A stretch of DNA of 62,452 nt, filler included, from Choristocarpus tenellus KU-1152 (taxonomy: Eukaryota > Protista > Phaeophyceae), in NCBI GenBank assembly GCA_964200185.2. It is 11 parts of 11 records of this genome, joined end to end, with 100 filler letters (N's around TTAATTAATTAA, not from the genome) between each part and the next. Parts side by side here need not be neighbours in the genome. Positions count along the whole stretch, not along the records: positions 14,097 to 20,337 come from CAXNAD020008592.1; positions 20,438 to 22,986 come from CAXNAD020026857.1; positions 23,087 to 31,510 come from CAXNAD020004728.1; 8 more parts are not named here. One strand, given 5' to 3'. The notes under the pieces are model-generated. The model made no database searches, had not been told where the DNA came from, and was given only the letters and a program-made list of their open reading frames with translations. Shown piece by piece: positions 14,415-25,579 of the stretch (its first letter is position 1; every line of letters starts with the position of its first letter). Position numbers and translations under genes: made by a program.

Positions 14415-14842
14415 CATATATCTAAAGAGAGTCGCGTCGTATACGAGAGTAGATCACGGTGGTCGCCGAATNNNNNNNNNNTATATACATATATGTGTAT
14501 ATAAAATGTCCTAAACATAAGAATACTATAAGACAATGCGTGGAAATCACTAATATTGTAAGAAATACAAAATAGAGACAAAAGAGTAGAGACAACAGAT
14601 AAGACAACCTCTACTACTACTACTACTACTACTACTCGTTCACATACTGTTGATATTTTGATTATTTGATTATTTGATTATTTGATTTTGTTTTTCAATT
14701 TTGAGGAAGCCTCCAATCGACTAGAAACCTCATGGAAGTGGGAATCGACCCATAACAACGTCGCTTGCTGTCGGAAACAACTCAAGTATAGAACAGGTCT
14801 GATAGTCTTGAAGGAACCTTTTAATGTATCAATAGGGGTACA

Positions 14843-17136
14843 ATGAGTGGGGCCGAGCATGATGCACTATCTCAAGACTTCCTCCTTCCTCAAACACAGG
14901 CAAGGACCTTAACACACATGAGTCTATCACCCGATGATGAAGTTTTCCGATGTGGAGGAAGTGAGGCAATCTTATCCGCTGATGAATCCAGCAATGGCAG
15001 GTCTCGCGATCATGTCTCGTGGTTCGTGGTCAATCTAACGTTCATCTCCGCTCTTGGCGGTTTCCTTTTCGGGTATGACACTGGTGTTGTATCTGGAGCT
15101 ATGCTTCTACTCACGAAGCAATTTGATCTTTCAGACTTCCAGGAGGAGGTCGTAGTCAGTATCACGATCGCTGGAGCGATTTTGGCATCAATGGTTGGTG
15201 GGCGAGCCATGTCGCACTTCGGACGACGTCCAGTGATTCTCCTGGCTGCAGCGATCTTCACTGTGGGAGCAATCGTTTTGGCAGCAGCACAGACATACGA
15301 TGGACTTGTTTTGGGGCGCCTAGTCGTAGGGATAGGGATTGGTTTGGCGAGCTTGGCTACGCCCGTATACATTGCTGAGGCCTCTCCCTCTCATCTGCGT
15401 GGCACACTAGTGACCCTTAACACTCTTCTGATCACACTCGGGCAGTTTGCAGCTGGAGTTGTGGACGGTCTCTACTCAGAGACGGACGGCGGTTGGCGGT
15501 ACATGCTGGGGTTGTCAGGAGTGCCCTCACTGATAATGTTTTTTGGGTTCATCTTCTTGCCGGAGTCTCCGCGATGGTTAGTCTCCTCTGGACGGCACAG
15601 GGATGCCCTGACCGTCCTAGAGATAATTCGTGGAACAAAAGATGTCCAGGTTGAGATGAAGGAGATTATTGATTCAGCGGCTGAGGACGAGGGGACGACT
15701 GGGGGCAGTGGAAGGAAGACTGTGCGGTTTATTGACCTCCTGGGTGACCCGCCGGTGAGACGTGCTCTCATTCTGGGATGTGGTCTGCAAGCTCTGCAGC
15801 AGCTGAGCGGAATCAACACTGTCATGTACTATTCAGCCACTGTATTCAGGTGATCACAGACTCATGACTTTTGGAGGCGTCATTGGCATGTCTGAAGGTT
15901 TCAAGGTTTGAAAATCAGGTTGTGTGAAGATCTTTGTACCTCAGCGCATGATGTCGAGAGGCGATTATTGAAGTAACGGGTGGATATTTGTAGTGTGTGT
16001 GGTAGATGATTTTATGGAAGATTGCTGTACCAGCACCTCAATATTTGTATGCGCCCCCATCATGGGAGCGATGGAAAGGTTTGAGAGTTATACCGTTCGA
16101 AAATGCTGAGGTAATTGATTTTGAGGGTTGACATCGAGCTCTTGAGCACCTTTAACAAATAGAGGTGCGAAATTGAACTTCTCTGAAGGGTGGTACGGTG
16201 TCCTCTTCAGGTTTGCACTGCAAGTCAAATTGGCAGCAACAGTCAGGTGGGGCGTGTCTGTGTGTGTTGAGGGGATTACAAAAGTTAAGTGAGGGAGAGT
16301 ATGAAGATGACATTTCTACTGCTGTTATCCATCAATGACAAAGGTCAATCATTGAGCTAGACAGTGTTGGCGCAGTACCAAAACTCACAATAATTTGTAG
16401 TAGGTCTACTGTTTTAGGGTCTTGGTAGATGCTGCTGTCCTCCTAATCACTGTGATATTTCACAAGCAGGAAGATGTTGCTATCTGCAACACTTCAACAC
16501 ATCAACCGGTGTAGAGGAATGCAAGAATGGTAAGCTATATGCTTCGTCAAGATGTCCATAGATACCCCAACCTAAGGTAATCATTGTTTACCTACGTGAG
16601 AGTGTGTATTGCTCTGGTGTGTTGTTGAAATATCCTGTGAGAGAAGTTCTTTGGCATCCTCTCTCAAGCCCTTCAAGAACTACAAATGTACAGTATTGGC
16701 CTCTTCTTGACTCGGCTATGAAAGATCTGTGTTGTAGAACGCCGCCATGATATTTTGTCTAATGTTTGTTGTACATCACATACTCTGCATTGTTCTGTTA
16801 AACCTATATACTCACAAAGAGATCCCCACCACAACGTCTTATTTCACACTCCCATGTATCTCTACTATGAACATGCCTTCCCCATCAAAATCTTTTTTCA
16901 CAATAGCATGGCCGGTTTTTCAGTGACAAGTTCCATATGGTTAGCTGCTTTTTCAGCGCTGGCGCAGGCTCTGGGTGTAAGCTTAGGCCTATACCTCATA
17001 GAGCGCTGCGGAAGGCGAGTCCTCCTGCTGAGCTCCCTTCTCCTGGTACGTGTGTTTCGGAAGACTTTGTTTTGCTTTGTCTTGCTTCTTGTTTCGTTTG
17101 CTCCTTGATCCTTATGTCTACAAGAGTGTGCACACA

Positions 17137-17170
<34 letters not shown>

Positions 17171-19711
17171 CGCCATTTTTTGGAGTTGTAGATAGGTGGG
17201 ATGCAGACAATGTCTTGGTTTTATTTCCTGTGTGCTTTGCAGTGTGCATATTGTTCCATCCCCACCACGCGCTCAAAATCAGAGGTATGTTTAGCTTGCT
17301 CTCTGTTGGGGTGGGAATGTTGGGGTGATCTCAAGGAGTGAATGCCCGCACCTGGAGCACGCACAATGTGTGTGGCATATTAGTAGATGAGCAGGTAACT
17401 CTGTGATGCTACATTTCAGAGGCAAACCTCAAGAGAGTGCTTTGCAACCGATGGATGTTGATGTGAAGAATGGAGTGGAGGGGCATGTGTTGCAGACAGT
17501 GTGTTGGACTAGGATTGCATTAACCTGAGGGGCTGGAATGATTGGTTGGACCATAAGGGGAGGTGTTTGATCGTTACATCTCTTTAGGTGTTGTGGCAGC
17601 TAATATTCCTTTGTGTTGTCAACCCCATCATGGACAAGGAGTTGAAGCTTATTTCGCAAAATTTTAGGTGAGATACTTGACCCAGATGCAAGCCACAGCT
17701 CTCTTTTTGAGGTCCCGGGAATCTGTGAGTACCGTGTTTTCATTCATACTTTAAAAGTCGTATACTTTCAAGGCCTGTTGATGTGGCACCTGCTTGAAGT
17801 GAAGTTGGATAATGCCTACATCCCAGGCACCATGTATAGACCTACGAACTTGAAAACCGCAGACCCAGTTAAGAGGAGAAAAAAAAGAAAAAGAGAACCA
17901 TGTAGGCGAAGGGGGTTGCGTAGATTGTGCCTGGAGTTGCAATAGAGGAAGGCTTGCGAAAGCATGTTGGGGCTTTGTTTTTTACAGGCAGGCGAAGGAG
18001 CACGTGTTAGAAAAAAAGAGTTGCATATTTTTTTGTTTGACACTCCTGGTTGTGTTTTTGTTGTTGTGAAATTGGCTACGTTGGCGTCATATTGTGTTCT
18101 GGTATAGTGCACTGATTGTTGACTCATGCTTTGCTTGTGAGCGATCGACCTATTGGGCTGTGTGACCTGGGTGAAAGTCCTAGTGCTTCCCGGAGGTCGG
18201 AAGTGAGGAGGGAGTCCTCTCAAGTTGGTCGTTGTTTATCTCCTTTAGAGCTAGCTGTGGTTGCTTCTTAGTGGTCGTTAGAAATACTGGGATGGAAAGT
18301 CAGTACTTTCTTGGAAGTGTTTGTGTGCGTGCATATGGGTTAGTCGGAATTCTAGGCATGGTGAGGACTTTTCTTAAAGAATTGTGTCTCTTTGCTTACG
18401 GTGTTTACTACATAGGGTGAACGTGTTCGCTATCTGTCGTGATGAAGTTCGTATTTTTTGACGTTTTTTTTATTTTTGTTGTTGTTGTAAGGAGTAGCAA
18501 TGCCCAAAGAATTACAAGGTGTTTCTGAGAAGTTTTGAATGCTGCTGGGCAAAGAAGTAGGTTGCTTCTTTTGTCGGTCTTTGTAGGGAGGGGGGGCATG
18601 TCTTCAAGTAGTGGGATGCGTTGGGGTGGGAATCAACAGTGTATCTTCCCCTCTTAGATGTGAGACACTGCAGTGAAGAGGTTTCCGTAATGGAGATTGG
18701 GTGGAGATAGTCAATTGTTCGAATCCTAGGCAATGCTCAGACCAAAAGGATGCCTTGAGGGGTTCACCCTAGGGTCCTTCTCAGGCACTACTGCCTATGA
18801 TGCTCTTCATTGCGAACATATAGTTTAGGGTATGCTACAATTGTACGCTCTGATTGGGGCTACCCTTTCTGAGTTACGGCGTGCATGATGGACCAACTAC
18901 CAGGGTGAAGATAACCAGATGATGTTGGAAGGAGTAGTCCTCTTCCTCGAGAATCATTGCGAGTGTAGGTCAATCTCCTGCTCCAAGGGGGGAGCTCGGA
19001 ATCAACGTATACCACAGTTTTGATATCTCACGCGCACACTCTCTGGTTGTCCATGGGGTTAATTAGCACTGATCCTAACCCTAAAAATGGGTCCCCATTG
19101 AACAGGTTGTGGTTACTCTGTTTGTCCTTGGCCTGGGCTTCAAGTTCGAAGATGTTAGCATCGAGGACGATGACAGTGGGACCGCCAGCGATTCAACGAG
19201 CTCATCCCCCTCACTCTTGGAGTTTGTTATTGTGGCCTCCATGCTGGGATACCTGTTCTCCTTTGGAGTGGGAATGTCGAGCATTCCGTGGACCCTCAAT
19301 GCCGAGATATACCCTATGTATGCCCGCTCCCTGGGAACCTCTGCGTCCACATCAGTCAATTGGGTGGGAAATCTGATCATCAGCTCAACCTTTCTAACCA
19401 TTGCTTCGAACAGGGCCCTAGGCAGGGATGGCGCCTTCTGGTTGTATTCCGGCATTGGGGCTCTTGGGTGGGTCTGGCTCTACAGTTGCATGCCGGAGAC
19501 AAAGGGCCTCAGCCTGGAAGAGATTGAGCTCCTTTTCGTAAGGGAGGGTGAACGAAGCGAATTGATGGAAGGCTGTGTTGCTGAGGGAGGGGCATTTGTG
19601 GGAGTTGAAGAGGGAAAGGATGAAGGAAGTGGGGCTGTTCACGCAGGTGGGAGGAGGCACGGTGGTGCCATGGGATTCGCCAGGCTGCAGGACGATTCGC
19701 TGGAGACCTAG
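14843..19711 (+). CDS. MFS sugar-porter family, myo-inositol/H+ symporter-like (HMIT/INT type); join(14843..15849,16907..17045,19106..19711), 583 aa
   Basis: Motifs GGFLFGYDTGVVSGA, FGRRP, PVYIAE, PESPRWL, QQLSGINTVMYY, ERCGRR, PWTLNAEIYP, PETKGLSLEEI; GT-AG introns with matching phases (2, 0); total CDS 1752 nt. Confidence 0.93.
17140..17168. repeat. (TG)n microsatellite in transporter intron 2
   Basis: Direct reading. Confidence 0.9.
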
Positions 19712-20708
19712 ACAGGAACCGAGACAGTGGCAAGAAGGCGATACGAGGGACACGCCTTTAGGTGCAACTGAAGGGAAGGAGTTACCCTGCAAACAAGAGG
19801 AGGGACTGCTTTCTGTAGCAATGGTTTGAAGCACAAGAATGTCAAGTGTACTAGATGCTGCATTTTCCTATTGAAGGGTCTGTGCGAATAGCTCATGTAT
19901 ACAAGGTAGGGCATGCATAGGGGTTTCTTGAGTTCATACTACCCACACAGAAACCTCGAGTGCATCGTGGAGGGGAGGGATTGCCAGCATGCCTGAGTCG
20001 TAAACCCGAACCAGTTGCGCCCCTCGTGGTGTCGTGAGGTCCCCTTGCTCGTGTCGAGTGAAAGCTGGTTGCATCATGGTTCGATGAGAGGGTCAATGGG
20101 TTGCCCGACAAAGGTTGAGTCGTGCTACCCCCTTGCGTCTGCATTATACTCTGGGGGTGATAGGGATACATAGTTTCACTAGAGTTGTTAGCTGACTGGG
20201 TTTGTGAGTTTTATGTTATTATCAATCAATTGCGGAATGTGACCGATTGAGGGATCGAGCATCCTTATTAATTGATTGCAAAATACGCAGCCAGCCTCAA
20301 GGCGCCCAGGGCCGTGAGGCAAAATGACCCCCCCCCCNNNNNNNNNNNNNNNNNNNNNNNNNNNNNNNNNNNNNNNNNNNNTTAATTAATTAANNNNNNN
20401 NNNNNNNNNNNNNNNNNNNNNNNNNNNNNNNNNNNNNGGGGGGGGGTGGGGAGGGGGTATGATACTCAGCGGCCTGGCCTACCTAGTGCTGAAAGAAAAA
20501 ACTGTTCACTTCGTCTGTGATTTTGCACACACACATACTACATGGTCACCCAAAAATCAAACATTTGGTTGACAGGGTTGCTAAACGCGGGATAACAATC
20601 TCAACTTAGGTTGAATAGGAGGACACAGAGAGATCTTCACAATAGCTGTAATCCAACAAGGGGAGGAGTAGAGTGCCACCATCCCACCAACGTTGACAAC
20701 CCCCTCAC

Positions 20709-21608
20709 CTTTTTGTACATTTTGCGGATCTCTGCTAGTGACACTTCTTTTTTCTTCGACTGTCGCTTGATAGCTTATTCGAGCTCGTGCTGAAAATATA
20801 CCTTATCGTACAGTGTGCGCTCAACCACACTCTCGGTCACGTCGTTGAATGCTGTAGGCGTGGCGGTGCAGTGGGTGAACGGGGCAAGGGGTAGGTGGGA
20901 AGCGGTCGCGGGACACACGCGGCAGGCAGTAGTGAGCAACATATTGCTGCTAACAGAAACACCACGAGGGATAACAAAGTTCAACAACGAAAAGATCAAC
21001 AACGGGCTGACTGACGATGAACCAAACAAAGGAAACACGGCAACAACTTGGTAGATCAGAAGATTCACCAGGCAATCATGGAACAATGACAACACTCAAC
21101 TTACTTAGTTGCTTAGTTGATCAGAAGAGTCATGCGATCATGGAACAACGACAACACTCCATCACCCACCGTTGGCAATTAGCTTCTCTTCTGCTTGGTT
21201 GAACTCCATGTAGACCCACATCATGAAAGCACGTTCGTAATCAAACTCTCTCTTCAACACCGTTATTCTATGGTTTCCGTCCAGTGTTTGTCCTTGAACG
21301 GCAAGCGCAGTTTCGGCGGTGAGCTGGTCCCCGTTGCCTAAGCAGTCTCGTTGGGTGACAACGGATGGAGCAAACTGCTCGAGCCAGCCTTTTTCACGGA
21401 TGGACTTGCTCACATGCGCAAGGCCACGCTCGCTCAGGGGTCGCATCATCTCCGTGCATGTGATGTTGCCGAGTTTCATCTTGTATGTGCCGAGGTAGTG
21501 ATGTTCGAGGAGCAAGGACATGCCCTTGGCATTGCTGTATGACGCTCTCGATCCGTGGGCAGCACCATCGGCGCGCAGGGGGGTCATTGTTGAGCGAATG
21601 TTGGACAT
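20709..21608 (-). pseudogene. Intron-containing ParB/Srx-domain gene; exons 21608..21170 and 20851..20709; one in-frame TAA at 20775-20777; 3' part not resolved
   Basis: Exon 1 encodes MRPLSERGLAHVSKSIREKGW...PSVV...TLDGNHRITVLK (ParB box DGxHR). A phase-1 GT..AG intron (AACG|gtgggt ... cctacag|CA) joins EKLIAN to AFNDVTESVVERTLYDK..., and exon 2 ends at AAG|gtgagg. Confidence 0.72.
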
Positions 21609-21744
21609 GGCGAAGATTGGGAGGGTGTGACAGGGATAGATAAGTAAGAGCTGCTGGTGGTATGTGCGGAAGGGAAGGAATGGAAATGAGGAGTGAGGGC
21701 TGGTAGGTGCTGCTTTATTTCATCTGGTCGGTCAGTCCCCAAAG

Positions 21745-22555
21745 AACTCAGATTTCTCTTTCTGTTGATAATTGTGTTATAAAAAATACGAATACCGAAC
21801 AGTATACGATTTCATATTTAAAACAGATAGGGAGAATCAGTTTCTTATGACCATATCGTTTCGGTACGTTTAAAACGTATTAGATCAATGAAGTATGTGG
21901 TTTGTATTTTTATTTGTTGATATGAAGAATAGAATATTATTTACATTTCATAAAAACCCTAATGCACGTGTTTTCACGGTTCAAGGGTTTCGGGTGGTCC
22001 GACGGAGTGCCCGAAACCCCAAAACCGCTTTTTGTCGACTTTTGTACATAAAAATACAAAAGTCGACAAAAAGCGGTTTTAGTAATTTTAAGAATTGTAG
22101 GGTACCAGTTGAAAGTGTCCTTTTAGTTTCGGAACATTGGAAACGTATGAGACCAAAAAAGTACGTGCTTTGTATTTTAAATTGTAAGAACGGATATAAT
22201 CAGATTTACTATTTCTAAAAGCCCTAATGCACGTGTTTTGGCGGTTCAAGGGTTTCGGGTGGTCCGATGGATCGCCCGAAACTCGAAAACCACTTTTTGT
22301 CGAAATTTGTATCTTTAAAAATAGAACTGTCAAACAATATAAGATTTCGTACCTAAAACAATTAGAGGGTGTCATTTTTTTTTTACCTTCTGGTTTCGGA
22401 ACATTGGAAACGTACAAGATCAATTAAGGATGTACTTTGTATTTTTTTTAATTGAAATTACGGATATAATTGGGTTTACAATTTCTTTAAAACCCTAATG
22501 CACGTATTTTCCGGATCATGGATCTCAGGGTAGTCCCACAGATCGCCCGAAGCTC
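21745..22555. repeat. ~3 diverged AT-rich tandem units (~265-271 bp) with internal palindromes
   Basis: Anchor CCCTAATGCACGT at 21957, 22222 and 22493; GGGTTTCGGG...CCCGAAACCC inverted repeat; perfect 26-bp-arm hairpin at 22021-22080. Confidence 0.9.
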
Positions 22556-22640
22556 AAACATCGTCCATACACCTGGCTTCGAATTCAATTCACTCCTAGA
22601 CCTTCTCACTGCCCAAGACCGCCTGTTGCCTGAAAACACC

Positions 22641-22986
22641 ATGACAGTTGCTCCCACAGCAAGGAGGTGGCTTTTGTCACCGGTTCCGTCCCCTGTGTTG
22701 CCTCCTCATCAGCCCGCCAACAATGATGCGCCGGAGCATTCTACCAATGACGCTTCAGCGACCGGCTCCAATCTTCGACAAGAATGGGCTCAACCCATCC
22801 TGGTCAACGAACAGGGTGACTGCTGCAAGCGCTTAGCCTCTGTGAAGAAGCTCGCGGCAGATAGCAAGTCCTTCCTTGCCCGCACGTTGGCCAAAGAGCA
22901 GGACATCATCCGGGCGTGTGAGAACCGCCACGATCACAAGCACTTCGTTGGTGACCGTGTACCTGTCATTAAGTTGGGGCCTGGAG
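22641..22986 (+). CDS. Hypothetical protein, 5' part (runs off contig), divergent from the ParB-like gene
   Basis: GC-rich frame from ACACCATG open to the contig end (MTVAPTARRW...VIKLGPG); no family recognised. Confidence 0.45.
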
Positions 22987-23246
22987 NNNNNNNNNNNNNN
23001 NNNNNNNNNNNNNNNNNNNNNNNNNNNNNNTTAATTAATTAANNNNNNNNNNNNNNNNNNNNNNNNNNNNNNNNNNNNNNNNNNNNGATGGGGGGGAGGG
23101 GGGGGGGGGGCAGTACAAAATGGAACAAAAAAATGAATATTATATTCTTTGTTCATTTCGTCGTTCCCACGGTTCCAATTCTTTTTTTGCTCTATATTTA
23201 CGGAAAAATCAAGAGAGCAAATCCAGAAAGTGAAGGGCATGTATGT

Positions 23247-23280
23247 TAAAACAAAACAAAACAAAACAAAACAAAACAAA
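23247..23280. repeat. (AAAAC)n microsatellite
   Basis: Direct reading. Confidence 0.85.
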
Positions 23281-25579
23281 CTCTACCGAGGAAAAGGTCT
23301 TCTCTTGACTTCCTCCCTCCCTGTTCCTACCGAAGTCCTTGCAGCGACTGCATATTTGTTGTCTTACTGCGGAAGCACGGTGAACAATTCCCCCGTGTAA
23401 CAAACAACGGATCAACCCTAACCCTGAACTGGTGTATGCAGTGTAGGACAGAGTCCAAAAGGGTGCCACAACGTGCAGCAATCTTTGGAATGAAGCACAC
23501 CCTGTACATTCTACTCGAAAGCAACAGCAAAACAAAACAAAAAATCTTACATTTTTTTTTATGTTTACATAGTACGGGAGAGAAGGAAGGCAGCGAAAGA
23601 AATTATTTTTTAAAAATTAAAAATGTAACGTTCTTCAAGCGCACATATAACATCGCACATGGAAGGCAAAAACTAGTGGGCAAGCAACAGCTGAAAGGAA
23701 CCTGGACGGTAGATGTCACACAGGCGCCTTCCTTCTTTGATAGATTCAAGAACAGTGGGAGCTCACTTGCGTGGTTGACATGACCTTTGCAGTTGATTCT
23801 ACCATTTGGCACGAAATGAAGTAATTAAAATACATCCTCATGGCAGAAGTTGCTATCATACGGGGAGAGGCTTCGATCCGCCTCGAGCAGAAAATAAACT
23901 GGTCAAAAATTACTTCTCCAAACAAAAAATGAGATCGGAACACCCTGTTGATTGATGTCAGATGCAGTGGAGCACGACAACCTTCCCCTGCATAGCCTTT
24001 ATTCGGGTCTTAAAATATCACCAAGCGGAACTCAAGTTGGGTAAGTATTGGCACAACCTTTCCCCGAACAGTAAATGTCTGGGATCACCGTCAAACGAGA
24101 TGAAACATCTACACTGCCGAGATTGGATTGTTAGTTGGAAGGAAATGCGAGTTGCTTGGTTGAGGAACCCTCCCCCCCGAACGATGGAGAAATGACGAGT
24201 GACAGCGTTCGTAAACATAATATTAGGCGGTCTTGTCTGCGATGGGGATGGTCTACAGGCGTCTACATTGAAAAACTTGCACAAGCTGAGCCAGAGTCAC
24301 AGTGTATGTGATTAGTAAACATTGTAATAGTTACTGCACACCAGAGCGACTTGGAGGGGAAGCAAGGAACGTTCTCCCCAAACCATGCATGCATGATTTG
24401 ACATCCACGTGCTGATACAGAAAAACAATACAAGGGTCCACTTCCGCCTTCGACAGTCACAGCAATGTAGAAGGGGGCGCACTACTACATCTCAGATAAT
24501 TAGCACCCAATGTCGACAGAGTACGGAAATAACAAGAACTGACATTAACAAGGGGATAAGTCCGGGGAAAATATACTGAGAACAATGGATAGGGTCTTGC
24601 ACAAAAGAGTGGTAGATATAAACATCAAGCTCTCAGCTTGGTAATATTGGAGCTCACCCTTTAGTTAAAGGGAGACACGTAGCCACAGAGTAGACCACGA
24701 CAAGAAGCAAAAGCCTGGAGCAGGCAATCATCTCAGACGATCGTCTTCTCTTTCTCGACCCTACCGAACCCCAAAGTGGCTCTCCTAGTTCCACTGCCGG
24801 CACGACAACGGGATTGTTGTGGGAGACCAAATCTTTCGTCACCTCAAGCCCAGCCTCCACCTCCATCCCTCTCTCGGCGCCTCCTAACGCGGGCAGTCCA
24901 CCCCTTCTTCAACCTTCCTGCATGACCACAACCACACCGCCACACCTGTCACCCCCCAGAAGATGCCAACACGTATTCCAAGGCTTCCGTAGGTTTCCCG
25001 AGCAAGGAGGAAAAGATAATAGAGCTGGAATGTTCTACTTGAGACTCACCTGGAGACTTCAGATGTGAAACATAGAGGCGTGTTGAACACGTACTTTGAA
25101 CACAAAACTTTGTGTAGTACTTCTTTTTTTTCTTTCCATATCCAACCAGCATCAACTGGATAATTCCATTCGATTGATCGATATATTTGTTGATGTCATT
25201 GATTATTCCAGATTGCTAAAAGAAACAAATATATTGGTGGTTGTAAAGGGTTGTGTTACATTTATCTCGTTTTTAACAACGTTCAAAAGCAGCCCTCACA
25301 ACCCACACTCATTAAAAAAAGCTCACCACCAACGGGTCAGATTTGTACACTCGATTGACAGACATCTTCCCACAAGGAGAATCATCGTGGGGAGTGTTCA
25401 CCACCGGGTTCCTCGTAATGAGTAGGCCCTGGTAAACATTTCGATACCAGTTGTTCACCAAGTGTAACTCGAGCAAGAAGCAAAATGGAGACGTCTTCCT
25501 CATTGATCTCAAATAAGGGATTTGATCATGGCCCTATCACGATTATCGATGCTATCTTGCACTAGATCAGCAGCTGATC

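Noticed and set aside
15010-15825. Antisense ORFs over transporter exon 1
   Set aside because: Shadow frames of a GC-rich coding exon.
21162-21608. Sulfiredoxin
   Set aside because: It lacks the catalytic Cys (DGNHR instead of GCHR) and continues into a ParB-like helical region.
21745-22555. CRISPR array
   Set aside because: Whole units are homologous; there is no short repeat/unique spacer pattern and no cas genes.
24654-24731. Signal-peptide first exon (MIACSRLLLLVVVYSVATC) on the minus strand
   Set aside because: The donor site is plausible, but no consistent downstream exon could be assembled.
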